Below, one piece after another: positions 9,697 through 18,463 of a stretch of DNA of 64,000 nucleotides; the first letter of the stretch is position 1, and the number at the start of each line of letters is the position of its first letter. The stretch comes from a virus. The position numbers and the translations under genes are program-made. The notes under the pieces were generated by a model that saw nothing but the letters and a program-made list of their open reading frames with translations, was not told the DNA's origin and searched no databases. The stretch is from IMG/VR virus record IMGVR_UViG_3300037296_000046, positions 11,870 to 75,869 of that record. One strand, written 5' to 3'.

Positions 9697-9920
9697 TGGC
9701 ACTACTATTGCCAAGAGATGTATATCTTGATGGCATGTCACCCCAGAAAGCCATTAGGGTACTAACAGATTTGATAAACCGAGTATCTCCTAGCGATAGG
9801 AGATACTTGTTTATTGAAGAATACGAAGACAGTCTTGGCGATCCATTTTGCCAAAACCCAACGAAATGCCTTCGGCTAATACTGAAAAAACCCTCTGTTC
9901 ATCAAGGAGAAAACCCATGA
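9696..9920 (+). CDS. small hypothetical protein
   Basis: TAATG and ATGA coupling on both sides. Confidence 0.45.
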   Translation: MALLLPRDVYLDGMSPQKAIRVLTDLINRVSPSDRRYLFIEEYEDSLGDPFCQNPTKCLRLILKKPSVHQGENP

Positions 9921-10336
9921 ACATCTTTGAACGCGCATCACGCGCTAAACTCCGTCTGCAATCTGTTGCTGGTCCTCTGACCGTGGAACAACTGTGGGAT
10001 TTACCACTGGTATCTAAGGGTGGCACCACTCGTGACATCAAGGTCGATCTGGACACTGTTGCACGCTCTGCTTTCAAAGCACTGGAAGAAGTCACAAGCC
10101 AGTCTTTTGTGGACACTACACCACACCCCAAGAAGGCAGAACGTGAGCTTGCTCTTGAAGTTGTGAAGCACATCATTGCTGATAAGCAGACCCGTGCTGC
10201 TGCACAGCAAGCTGCTGCTGAGAACAGCCAGAAGAAGCAGGTCTTGCTCTCTGCACTGGCTGACAAGCAGAACCAAGCGATTGGTGCCATGTCTGAAGAA
10301 GAAATTCGCAAACAGATTGCTGCACTGGAAGGCTAA
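9917..10336 (+). CDS. conserved phage hypothetical protein (coiled coil)
   Basis: AAGGAG RBS; MNIFERASRAKLR...GPLTVEQLWDLPL motif. Confidence 0.75.
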   Translation: MNIFERASRAKLRLQSVAGPLTVEQLWDLPLVSKGGTTRDIKVDLDTVARSAFKALEEVTSQSFVDTTPHPKKAERELALEVVKHIIADKQTRAAAQQAAAENSQKKQVLLSALADKQNQAIGAMSEEEIRKQIAALEG

Positions 10337-10424
10337 TTTCTACTAGCCCTACAGATAACATCTGCTAGAACCATGGTTCACACATATGGTTCTAGCAACC
10401 TCCAAACCCCCCAAGGATAGTAGT

Positions 10425-12713
10425 ATGTCACCATTCACAGCCCCAATTGCTCAGCAAATTTGGGATAAAAAGTACCGTTTCAAACATGCTGATGGTACGC
10501 CTATCGACATGACTGTTCAGGATACATGGGGTCGAATTTCTGAAGCTCTATCTATGTCCGAACCTGAAGGTGAAATTCGTAATCGTCACCAACACGATTT
10601 CTACAAGGCTCTCGAAGACTGGAAATACCTGCCTGCTGGTCGCATCACTGCTGGTGCTGGTACTGAGCGTTCCGTGACCCTATTTAACTGCTTCGTCATG
10701 GGTACAATCCCTGACAGTATGCACGGCATCTTTGACATGCTCAAAGAGGCTGCTCTCACGATGCAACAAGGTGGGGGCATTGGTTATGATTTCAGTACCA
10801 TTCGCCCTGCTGGTTCTCCTGTTATTGGTGTGGCTGCTGATGCTAGTGGTCCTCTAACATTCATGGATGTATGGGACGCTATGTGTCGTACAGTTATGAG
10901 TGCTGGCTCTCGTCGTGGTGCCATGATGGCTACCATGCGTTGTGATCACCCTGATGTTTACGACTTCATTACAGCAAAGCAAGATGCTGCTCGTCTTCGT
11001 ATGTTCAACATGAGCGTGCTCATCACCGATCCATTCATGGATGCTGTTAAGGCTGGTGCTGATTGGGATTTGCACTTCACCGATAAGCAAGGTGTCAAGA
11101 CAGTCTATCGTACAGTTCCAGCCAATGATCTTTGGGATGCTATCATGGCGTCCACATATGATTACGCTGAGCCGGGTGTTATCTTCATTGATCGTATCAA
11201 TGACATGAACAATCTGAACTACTGCGAAACCATTGCTGCTACCAACCCCTGTGGTGAGCAACCTCTGCCTCCCTATGGTGCCTGTCTCCTTGGCTCCATC
11301 AACATGGCCAAGCTGATCGTCTACCCCTTCACAGGCGTAGCTGAGATGGACATGGCCTTGTTGGATGATCTGGTACGTACTGCTGTCCGCATGATGGACA
11401 ACGTGGTGGACGTGTCTAACTTCCCTCTGGAAGCTCAACGTCAGGAAGCTATCAACAAGCGCCGTATTGGCCTTGGTGTGACCGGTCTGGCTGACGCACT
11501 CATCATGATGGGTGAGACATATGGTTCTGAAGCTGCTGCTGCTCTTACAGATCACTGGATGCACCAGATTGCACGCTCTGCATATCTAGCCTCTGTTGAT
11601 CTGGCCAAAGAAAAAGGTGCTTTCCCTCTGTTCGATGTTGATGCTTATCTTGCATCTGGCAACATGGAAAACATGGATGATGATGTCCGTGAAGCAATCC
11701 GTGAGCATGGTATTCGTAATGCCCTGCTGACATCTATTGCTCCTACTGGCACCATTTCTATGTATGCTGGCAACGTATCCTCTGGGATCGAACCAGTGTT
11801 TGCCTATGAGTATACCCGCAAGATTCTCAACAAAGACGGTACACACCGTTATGAGGATGTCACAGATTACGCTCTGGAAGCCTATCGTCAGTTCTGTTCG
11901 GACAATGGCATGGATGTGCCTGACGTGAACAATCTGCCAGACTACTTTGTGTCTGCTCAGACCCTAGCACCTGAAGCCCATGTGCATATGCAAGCTGCTG
12001 CACAGCGTTGGGTGGATAGCTCCATCTCTAAGACTGTGAACCTACCAGAAGACATCTCCTTTGATGACTTCAAGGCTGTCTATATGATGGCTTGGGACAC
12101 AGGCTGCAAAGGCTGCACGACCTATCGTCCTAACGATGTCACAGGTTCGATCCTCTCTGTGAAGACTGAACCAAAGCCTGAGCCTATCAATGTTGGTTCT
12201 GCTTTGCCTGAGCCTCGTGGTGATGACCTTGCTGGTTCCACCTACAAGATCAAACTGGGCGACGATCACGCTACCTATATCACTCTCAACTATACTGAGA
12301 TTAATGGTGTGAAGAAGCCCTTTGAAATCTTCATCAACTCCAAGAACGTGGATCATTTCGTATGGACCATGGCTCTGACACGGACAATCTCTGCTGTATT
12401 CCGTTCTTCACCTGATTCCACATTCCTTGTGGATGAGTTGAAGTCTGTATTCGATCCTAAAGGTGGTGGCTGGATGAAAGGGCGTTATGTTCCTTCTATC
12501 ATTGCTGCGATTGGTATCACTATTGAGAAGTTTATGAAGGAAATTGGGTACATTCTACCCGATGAAACTTTAGCACTTCCAGAACTCGAAGAAACTACTG
12601 AGGTTTCTTTGGTTGGTACACCCCGTACATGCCAAAAGTGCTTTAGCACTAACCTTAAAATTGAAAGTGGTTGCCCAACCTGCCTTGATTGTGGTCATAG
12701 CAAATGCGGCTAA
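10425..12713 (+). CDS. nrdJ: class II (adenosylcobalamin-dependent) ribonucleotide reductase
   Basis: LFNCFV, TNPCGEQPL, IAPTGTIS, GCKGCTTYR motifs; C-terminal TSCPD-like domain and CxxC...CxxC ribbon; no small subunit gene in the window. Confidence 0.95.
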   Translation: MSPFTAPIAQQIWDKKYRFKHADGTPIDMTVQDTWGRISEALSMSEPEGEIRNRHQHDFYKALEDWKYLPAGRITAGAGTERSVTLFNCFVMGTIPDSMHGIFDMLKEAALTMQQGGGIGYDFSTIRPAGSPVIGVAADASGPLTFMDVWDAMCRTVMSAGSRRGAMMATMRCDHPDVYDFITAKQDAARLRMFNMSVLITDPFMDAVKAGADWDLHFTDKQGVKTVYRTVPANDLWDAIMASTYDYAEPGVIFIDRINDMNNLNYCETIAATNPCGEQPLPPYGACLLGSINMAKLIVYPFTGVAEMDMALLDDLVRTAVRMMDNVVDVSNFPLEAQRQEAINKRRIGLGVTGLADALIMMGETYGSEAAAALTDHWMHQIARSAYLASVDLAKEKGAFPLFDVDAYLASGNMENMDDDVREAIREHGIRNALLTSIAPTGTISMYAGNVSSGIEPVFAYEYTRKILNKDGTHRYEDVTDYALEAYRQFCSDNGMDVPDVNNLPDYFVSAQTLAPEAHVHMQAAAQRWVDSSISKTVNLPEDISFDDFKAVYMMAWDTGCKGCTTYRPNDVTGSILSVKTEPKPEPINVGSALPEPRGDDLAGSTYKIKLGDDHATYITLNYTEINGVKKPFEIFINSKNVDHFVWTMALTRTISAVFRSSPDSTFLVDELKSVFDPKGGGWMKGRYVPSIIAAIGITIEKFMKEIGYILPDETLALPELEETTEVSLVGTPRTCQKCFSTNLKIESGCPTCLDCGHSKCG

Positions 12714-12764
12714 GCTAACTGGTTACCCCTGTAATGGGGGGAGCCAAACCTGAAAGACACTGCC

Positions 12765-12944
12765 ATGACTGCTATTAACGATCACGACCGCTTTCTGGTG
12801 TATACTAGCAAGGATGTCCTTGTAGAGTCTGCACCTACCAAGGTAAGAGCCATGAGGGCTGTTGCACATTTAAATGACCAAGCTGAATTGAATGGTCGCC
12901 ACACTACCTATTATTGGAAGGACAAAAACGATGGCCGAAACTAA
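12765..12944 (+). CDS. 59-aa hypothetical protein (below the ORF-track cutoff)
   Basis: read by hand as MTAINDHDRFLVYTSKD...KDKNDGRN*; fills the gap and overlaps the next start. Confidence 0.5.
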   Translation: MTAINDHDRFLVYTSKDVLVESAPTKVRAMRAVAHLNDQAELNGRHTTYYWKDKNDGRN

Positions 12945-13263
12945 AACTGATAAGTTTGTTCGCCTTGCTGGTCAACGAGTTCCGAGAGCTGCTGATGCTA
13001 TTCGCCTCATTGGTCAACTTGGTTCAGCAAACTATGAAGCTCCTGAAGGTGCAGTTGATGAAATCAACACATATCTTCGTGCTTCTGTAGCTGATGCTAT
13101 GAAGTCGCTGGGCCTTAAACTCCCTAAGACTGAAAATGGTGAACCTACACCACCCGATTACGGTGGGCCTGAATGGGCATTGGTTAGCGAAGCAATTGAA
13201 ATGCTTGGCCTAGGCCATGTAGATATTGCCAAGCAAAAGCTGAAAGCTGCTATGTCGTTCTAA
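12931..13263 (+). CDS. hypothetical protein
   Basis: AAGGA RBS; ETK-DKFVRLA-RV-AIRLIG-L-NYE resembles a recurrent small-protein motif. Confidence 0.7.
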   Translation: MAETKTDKFVRLAGQRVPRAADAIRLIGQLGSANYEAPEGAVDEINTYLRASVADAMKSLGLKLPKTENGEPTPPDYGGPEWALVSEAIEMLGLGHVDIAKQKLKAAMSF

Positions 13264-13282
13264 GACGTAGTACATTCTGAAG

Positions 13283-13316
13283 AAAAGAGGTGGGATAGTA
13301 TCCTGCCTCTTTTTTT
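13283..13316 (+). terminator. intrinsic terminator
   Basis: AGAGGTGGGA/TCCTGCCTCT stem plus T-tract. Confidence 0.8.
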
Positions 13317-13337
13317 ATTTGAACTAAGGTACACCCA

Positions 13338-14366
13338 ATGAAGTATACGCTTTCACCATCCAAAATCCGAGAAGAAATTCTTGAGATGTTTTCTCTTGGT
13401 CTTGTCCCTTATGTCCGATCTTCCCCCGGACTAGGTAAGACCTCTATCTACCATCAGATTGCCAAAGACTATAATCTGAAGCTCATTGATCTGTCAGTAG
13501 GCACCGCTACACCTGAAGACTTCATGGGCTACCCACACAAGGTAGGCAACAAAGCTACGTTCCTACCCTTTGACCATTTCCCCCTAGAAGGTGATGAGAT
13601 TCCCAAGGGCTACAATGGCTGGCTCCTCTTTCTGGATGAGTTCTCCTCTGGCTCTAAAGCTGTGCAGGCTGCTGCTTATAAGCTGGTCCTGAGCCGCTTT
13701 GCAGGGTCTTACAAGCTGCATGACAACTGCCTGATTGCATGTGCTGGCAACCGTGAGATTGACAACGCTGTGGTAGTGAAACTGTCCACTGCAATGAAGT
13801 CTCGTCTGGTTCACTATGAGATGGTTGGCAATGTCCCTGACTTCGTTGAATGGGCTACTGCTGAAGCTCTGGATTTCCGTGTAATCTCATTCGCTGAATT
13901 CATGCCAAGTGTCATTGAAAAGTTTGATCCAAACCATTCTGGTGAGACTTTCCCCTGTCCTCGTACCATTGCGATGCTTGGTAAAGCCATGATTGGTAAG
14001 ACCATCAATGCTGACCTTGGACCTCGTATTGCTGGCATGGTTGGTGATGGAACGTGTGTTGAATTCTTAGGCTATGCTCGTGCTTTTGGACGTATCAAAT
14101 CTTATAATGAGATTGTTAAGAACGCAGATTCTACTAGCGTTCCTGACGAATTGAGCGTGCGTCATGCTACAATTGCTATGTTAGCAAGCCAAGCTAAGTC
14201 CGAGGACTTAGATGCCATCCTTGTTTATGTCAAGAAATTCTCTTTGGAATTCCAAATTGTCTTCATGCGTAAACTTACAATCACGCAACCTACTTACCGC
14301 TATGACCATAAGGGCTTTGGCAAATACCTGATGGACATGATGCGTTATCTATCTGGAGAACAGTAA
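13338..14366 (+). CDS. MoxR-like AAA+ ATPase (N4 gp24-like)
   Basis: Walker A SPGLGKT, Walker B LLFLDE, AGN sensor. Confidence 0.88.
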   Translation: MKYTLSPSKIREEILEMFSLGLVPYVRSSPGLGKTSIYHQIAKDYNLKLIDLSVGTATPEDFMGYPHKVGNKATFLPFDHFPLEGDEIPKGYNGWLLFLDEFSSGSKAVQAAAYKLVLSRFAGSYKLHDNCLIACAGNREIDNAVVVKLSTAMKSRLVHYEMVGNVPDFVEWATAEALDFRVISFAEFMPSVIEKFDPNHSGETFPCPRTIAMLGKAMIGKTINADLGPRIAGMVGDGTCVEFLGYARAFGRIKSYNEIVKNADSTSVPDELSVRHATIAMLASQAKSEDLDAILVYVKKFSLEFQIVFMRKLTITQPTYRYDHKGFGKYLMDMMRYLSGEQ

Positions 14367-15490
14367 TGGAAGATTTTTCTGAACATGAGAAACTGCTAGA
14401 TCGTGCCAAAGCCAGCCTCTTTGTAGGCCATGGCTCAGCGTTTCTAGGATCGCTGATGTGTGATATGGTTTTCAAATGGTCCAGAGAGATTCCTACTGCT
14501 GCTGTGGATGGTCTTACTCTATGGTGGAATCCTGATTTCTTTATGAAATTGCGTCCAACTGACCATACCACTATTCTAGCCCACGAACTCTGGCATGTGG
14601 CATTTCTCCATATGCTCCGTGGGCTAGGATTAGACCCAGACATTCACAATCAAGCTGCTGATCACGTCATCAATCTGATGCTTGAAGAAGCTGGCTACGA
14701 TATGACTGGGTTCCCCTACCTCAAGGACAATATGTTCAAAGGTTGGTCTACAGATGATGTCTACCAATACCTCATCGACAACCTTCCACCACCACCTCCC
14801 ATGGGTGGCCTAGGCTCTGACTTGGTTGAACCAAAGGATCAAAAGATAGCTGATGCTATAACTGCTGAGATTGTCACTAAGGTTGTAGCTGCGTCTGTGT
14901 CTGCACGGATGGCTGATCAAGCTGGGGATATTCCCGGTGAAATCTCGTTAGTTATCAATGAGTTTCTTAATCCTAAGCTGCCTTGGTACACGATCCTGTA
15001 TCGCTTCTTCGAGGCACTGATTGACCAAGACTACTCTATGAGCCGTCCCAATCGTCGCTTCGTAGATGAGCTAATGCTACCTAGTCTAGTTGGCACAACA
15101 GGTCTTCAGAACCTAGTCTACTTCCTTGACATATCTGGCTCTGTGTCAGATGCTCACATCCTCCGGTTCAACTCTGAAGTGGCTTACATCAAGCGTGAGT
15201 TTAACCCTGAGCTACTGACACTTGTGACCTTCGACACTAAGATTCGAGATGTTTACACCTTTGAAAAAGATGATCCATTCGAGAAGATTATTGTCACTGG
15301 TCGTGGCGGTACAAACCTTAATCCTGTCATGGAATATGCTAAGAAGCTCAATCCAGATGCGATGATTATCTTTACAGATATGTACGTCAGTATTCCTCCT
15401 GTTGATCCCCAAATTCCCCTTATTTGGATTGCTCTCAACTCCAAAGTAACAAGCGTACCTTATGGTCAGCTAATTCACCTGAAAGATTGA
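14366..15490 (+). CDS. metallopeptidase-like/vWA domain protein (N4 gp25-like)
   Basis: HELWH zinc motif; vWA MIDAS DISGS, GRGGT, FTD. Confidence 0.88.
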   Translation: MEDFSEHEKLLDRAKASLFVGHGSAFLGSLMCDMVFKWSREIPTAAVDGLTLWWNPDFFMKLRPTDHTTILAHELWHVAFLHMLRGLGLDPDIHNQAADHVINLMLEEAGYDMTGFPYLKDNMFKGWSTDDVYQYLIDNLPPPPPMGGLGSDLVEPKDQKIADAITAEIVTKVVAASVSARMADQAGDIPGEISLVINEFLNPKLPWYTILYRFFEALIDQDYSMSRPNRRFVDELMLPSLVGTTGLQNLVYFLDISGSVSDAHILRFNSEVAYIKREFNPELLTLVTFDTKIRDVYTFEKDDPFEKIIVTGRGGTNLNPVMEYAKKLNPDAMIIFTDMYVSIPPVDPQIPLIWIALNSKVTSVPYGQLIHLKD

Positions 15491-15491
15491 T

Positions 15492-15941
15492 ATGATTTGT
15501 AATGGCTCAAAACTGGCAGAGGCAGAACCTCTATCACCCATGTTCCATGAGAAGACAAAACTGTTTGGTGTTTCCTACGGTATGTCTGAAGCAGGCTATG
15601 ATATTCGTATCAAACAAGATGTCCTGTTGATGCCATTCAAACGCTTCTCTCTGGCAAGCTCCATTGAGAAGTTTCGTATGCCTACAAACCTCGTTGGTAT
15701 TGTCCATGACAAGTCCACATGGGCGCGTAAGCGACTGAGTGTCTTCAACACGGTCATTGAGCCGGGATGGACAGGCTTCCTCACTCTTGAGCTAGTCTAC
15801 CATGGCTATATGCCCCTACTCATCCGTGCTGGCTCTGGGATTGCCCAAGTCATCTTCCACGAAACCTCAACAAATATGCAGTATTCAGGTAAGTATCAGA
15901 ACCAAGATGATCGCCCTGTTGCTGGCATTATGGAAAGCTAA
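15492..15941 (+). CDS. dcd: dCTP deaminase
   Basis: GYDIRI, DKSTWAR, IEPGWTGFLTLEL, YSGKYQNQ motifs. Confidence 0.9.
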   Translation: MICNGSKLAEAEPLSPMFHEKTKLFGVSYGMSEAGYDIRIKQDVLLMPFKRFSLASSIEKFRMPTNLVGIVHDKSTWARKRLSVFNTVIEPGWTGFLTLELVYHGYMPLLIRAGSGIAQVIFHETSTNMQYSGKYQNQDDRPVAGIMES

Positions 15942-15945
15942 AACG

Positions 15946-16953
15946 ATGTCAAAGAAACAAATGTTTGCTAGAGTTGTCCTTGGCTCTACAAGTCCAGAAG
16001 GTATTACAGCATGGTCGATCCATGCTCGTTACCCTCGTCCTATCCATGGCGAAATGATGACGCATAAAGACTTCAGCCGTAACGCTGGTAGCTCTCGTGC
16101 AAAGCCTGTCCGATTCCTTTTGGATGAGGTCCGTAAAACCCCATATGTGCCTTGGCACTGGGGTGCTAATCAAAGCGGTATGCAGGCTGATCTTGAGTGC
16201 AATGAGCAGGTTGCTACAGTTACGCCGCTCTGGAATGAAACTTATGGTGAATATGATTCCATTGAAACCAATTTTGAGTCTCGTGAAACAGCTTGGGTTC
16301 AAGCAAGTATAAATGCTTGTAATAGTGCTGAAGCCTTTATGAACGCAGGCTACCACAAGCAAAACGTGAACCGTCTGCTTGAGCCATTCTCTTGGATCGA
16401 CGTTCTGATTACATCTACGAACTGGGCCAACTTCTTCAACCTGCGTGATCATCCTGATGCTGAGCCTCACATCCGTGATCTAGCCATTATGATCAAGAAA
16501 GCTATGGCAGGTTATCTGCCTCAGAAACTTGGTCGTGGTGAGTGGCACATGCCTTATGTAGGTGAAGCTGATCACTATGCTCTGGATAACGCAGACGATG
16601 ACACACTGCGGATCATTGATGATCTTGGATGTGATCATCAGGAGCTTCTGAACATGCTCTCAGCGGCTCGCTGTGCGCGTATCAGCTATAAGCCTCACTC
16701 TGGGGAAGCACTCATCAGTCGTGACCTTGCTCTGTGCCAACAACTGATTGGTAATGGAGCCATCCACGCAAGCCCCTTCGAACATCAGGCTACACCTGAC
16801 AAGCGTTCCTACACACCCGTCTATAACAAAGAAGGGCAATGTGGTTTCAAACGCGATTGGGAGAAGCCTGAGCTACACCGTAACCTTACTGGCTGGATTC
16901 AGAACCGTGCTCTGCTCCCCGGTGAATATGTAAAGGATGTCTGGGATGTCTGA
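15946..16953 (+). CDS. thyX: FAD-dependent thymidylate synthase
   Basis: THKDFSRNAGSSRA signature variant, HKQNVNRLLEP, NFFNLRDH, HASPFEH. Confidence 0.88.
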   Translation: MSKKQMFARVVLGSTSPEGITAWSIHARYPRPIHGEMMTHKDFSRNAGSSRAKPVRFLLDEVRKTPYVPWHWGANQSGMQADLECNEQVATVTPLWNETYGEYDSIETNFESRETAWVQASINACNSAEAFMNAGYHKQNVNRLLEPFSWIDVLITSTNWANFFNLRDHPDAEPHIRDLAIMIKKAMAGYLPQKLGRGEWHMPYVGEADHYALDNADDDTLRIIDDLGCDHQELLNMLSAARCARISYKPHSGEALISRDLALCQQLIGNGAIHASPFEHQATPDKRSYTPVYNKEGQCGFKRDWEKPELHRNLTGWIQNRALLPGEYVKDVWDV

Positions 16954-17509
16954 AATCACAGTTATTTTCGTCAATGGTAAACCTAAAGCTGGTAAAGATT
17001 CCTTTATCAATTTGATGGGATTCCATCTTGATGAGTTGAATATTCCTCATCGGTCTTTCAGTAGTATTGATCCTATTCGTGATATGTTAGCGAATGTTGG
17101 TGCAAATGTTACCCAAAAAACAACTGCTGATCGCGATCTGATGAGTGTCATTGGTGATCTTCTTGAAGATCATTCTAATATTCGTAGCAAAAGTTGCTTA
17201 AAAGCCATTATTTCTACAGCAAGTAATGGTATTCTCACTGATCGTAATATTGTCTTGTTCCTTCATGTACGGGAGCCAAAGATTATCAATAAAATCAAGG
17301 CTCTAACTGCGGAAGAATTCAAGGATACAAATACTGTAGTTAATTTTGTATCTATCTTGATCCAATCCTATCGCCAAGAAAAAGGTGATAGTAATACATC
17401 TGACGCTGGTGTATTGGGTATGAGCTATGATTATAGCATCAACAATAGTGGCACTCGTGGTGAACTATATGATGCTGCAATTCATATGGTTGAACAACTG
17501 CAACTCTAA
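16946..17509 (+). CDS. P-loop nucleotide kinase (dNMP kinase-like)
   Basis: GKPKAGKDS P-loop, HVREP, YDYSINNSG; located in the dNTP gene cluster. Confidence 0.7.
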   Translation: MSEITVIFVNGKPKAGKDSFINLMGFHLDELNIPHRSFSSIDPIRDMLANVGANVTQKTTADRDLMSVIGDLLEDHSNIRSKSCLKAIISTASNGILTDRNIVLFLHVREPKIINKIKALTAEEFKDTNTVVNFVSILIQSYRQEKGDSNTSDAGVLGMSYDYSINNSGTRGELYDAAIHMVEQLQL

Positions 17510-17566
17510 CTGTTCGTTTTTTGGGTTTTAATAATTCAGAAATATCAACTTGAAAAGGAATTGGCT

Positions 17567-18370
17567 ATGCGCCTTTCATTCATCTCCTACGCTACTGTCG
17601 CTATCTTTGCGATTGCAAGCTCTGCCTTCGCTGCTGATCTGTCCATTGCTACTGGTAAGGAGGGCGGTGGATATGACGCTGCTGCCCGTACTGCTGCTAC
17701 CAAGCTGGCTCAACGTGGTAATGTCGTGGAAGTCATCAACCTGAATGGCTCTGACGAAATCACTCTGGCTGTCTGCTCTGGTCGTGCCACTGCTGGTTAC
17801 ACCCAGATTGATGCTATGGATGCTCGTGCCAAAGAAGGCTGCAACCTGCGTCCACTGTCGAACTATGGTAACGGCGAATATGCTGTGATCCTGTTTCCAC
17901 CTGACAGTGATCTTGATGCTCTGGATGACCTGACATCTGCGAACTCTGTGCTGGTCGATACAATCGGCTCTGGTACTTCCCTGTTCTGGGACACCATTGT
18001 GCGTATCGAAAAGACTGAAGGCTCTGGTGATCCATGGTCTGAAGCCTCTGCTATCAACGATCCCTTGTCTATGGCTGAGCCATTGGCTAACTTCGGTGAC
18101 ATCGACGCTGTGATCATGGTCCGTACAGAGACAAGCCCTGACATCGCCAATCTGGTTAGCCGTGGTTGGAAGATGGGTGAACTCTGGGACCGTCAGATTG
18201 ACGATTACGAATTCAATGGCAAGCCGTTGTATGAAGTCAGCAAGAAGGCTTTCACCATCAACAGCCGCAAGACAACTGCCTACACCTACAAGGTGCTCAG
18301 CTTTGCTGTGACCACCGAAGCCACGTCCCGTGACCGCGAACTATTCGCTATGCTCGCAGGGGCCATGTAA
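17567..18370 (+). CDS. secreted TAXI-family (TRAP) solute-binding protein
   Basis: signal peptide ending AFA; IATG..GGGY and NGS.E...G...TQ.DA motifs. Confidence 0.75.
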   Translation: MRLSFISYATVAIFAIASSAFAADLSIATGKEGGGYDAAARTAATKLAQRGNVVEVINLNGSDEITLAVCSGRATAGYTQIDAMDARAKEGCNLRPLSNYGNGEYAVILFPPDSDLDALDDLTSANSVLVDTIGSGTSLFWDTIVRIEKTEGSGDPWSEASAINDPLSMAEPLANFGDIDAVIMVRTETSPDIANLVSRGWKMGELWDRQIDDYEFNGKPLYEVSKKAFTINSRKTTAYTYKVLSFAVTTEATSRDRELFAMLAGAM

Positions 18371-18408
18371 CTGCCAGAAGATCATACTGCCCTTTGATCT
18401 TCCACCTG

Positions 18409-18442
18409 AACCCCTTGGCTCTAGTAGCTAAGGGGTTTTTTT
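18409..18442 (+). terminator. intrinsic terminator
   Basis: AACCCCTTGGCT/AGCTAAGGGGTT stem plus T-tract. Confidence 0.85.
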
Positions 18443-18463
18443 ATTTGAAAAAGGAGTAGACCC

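Noticed and set aside
10378-10393. NrdR box upstream of nrdJ
   Set aside because: CACACATATGGT matches the consensus only with a gap, and no tandem second box was seen.
15802-15945. N-terminal extension of ThyX overlapping dcd
   Set aside because: ATG 15946 just after the dcd stop gives normal gene packing.
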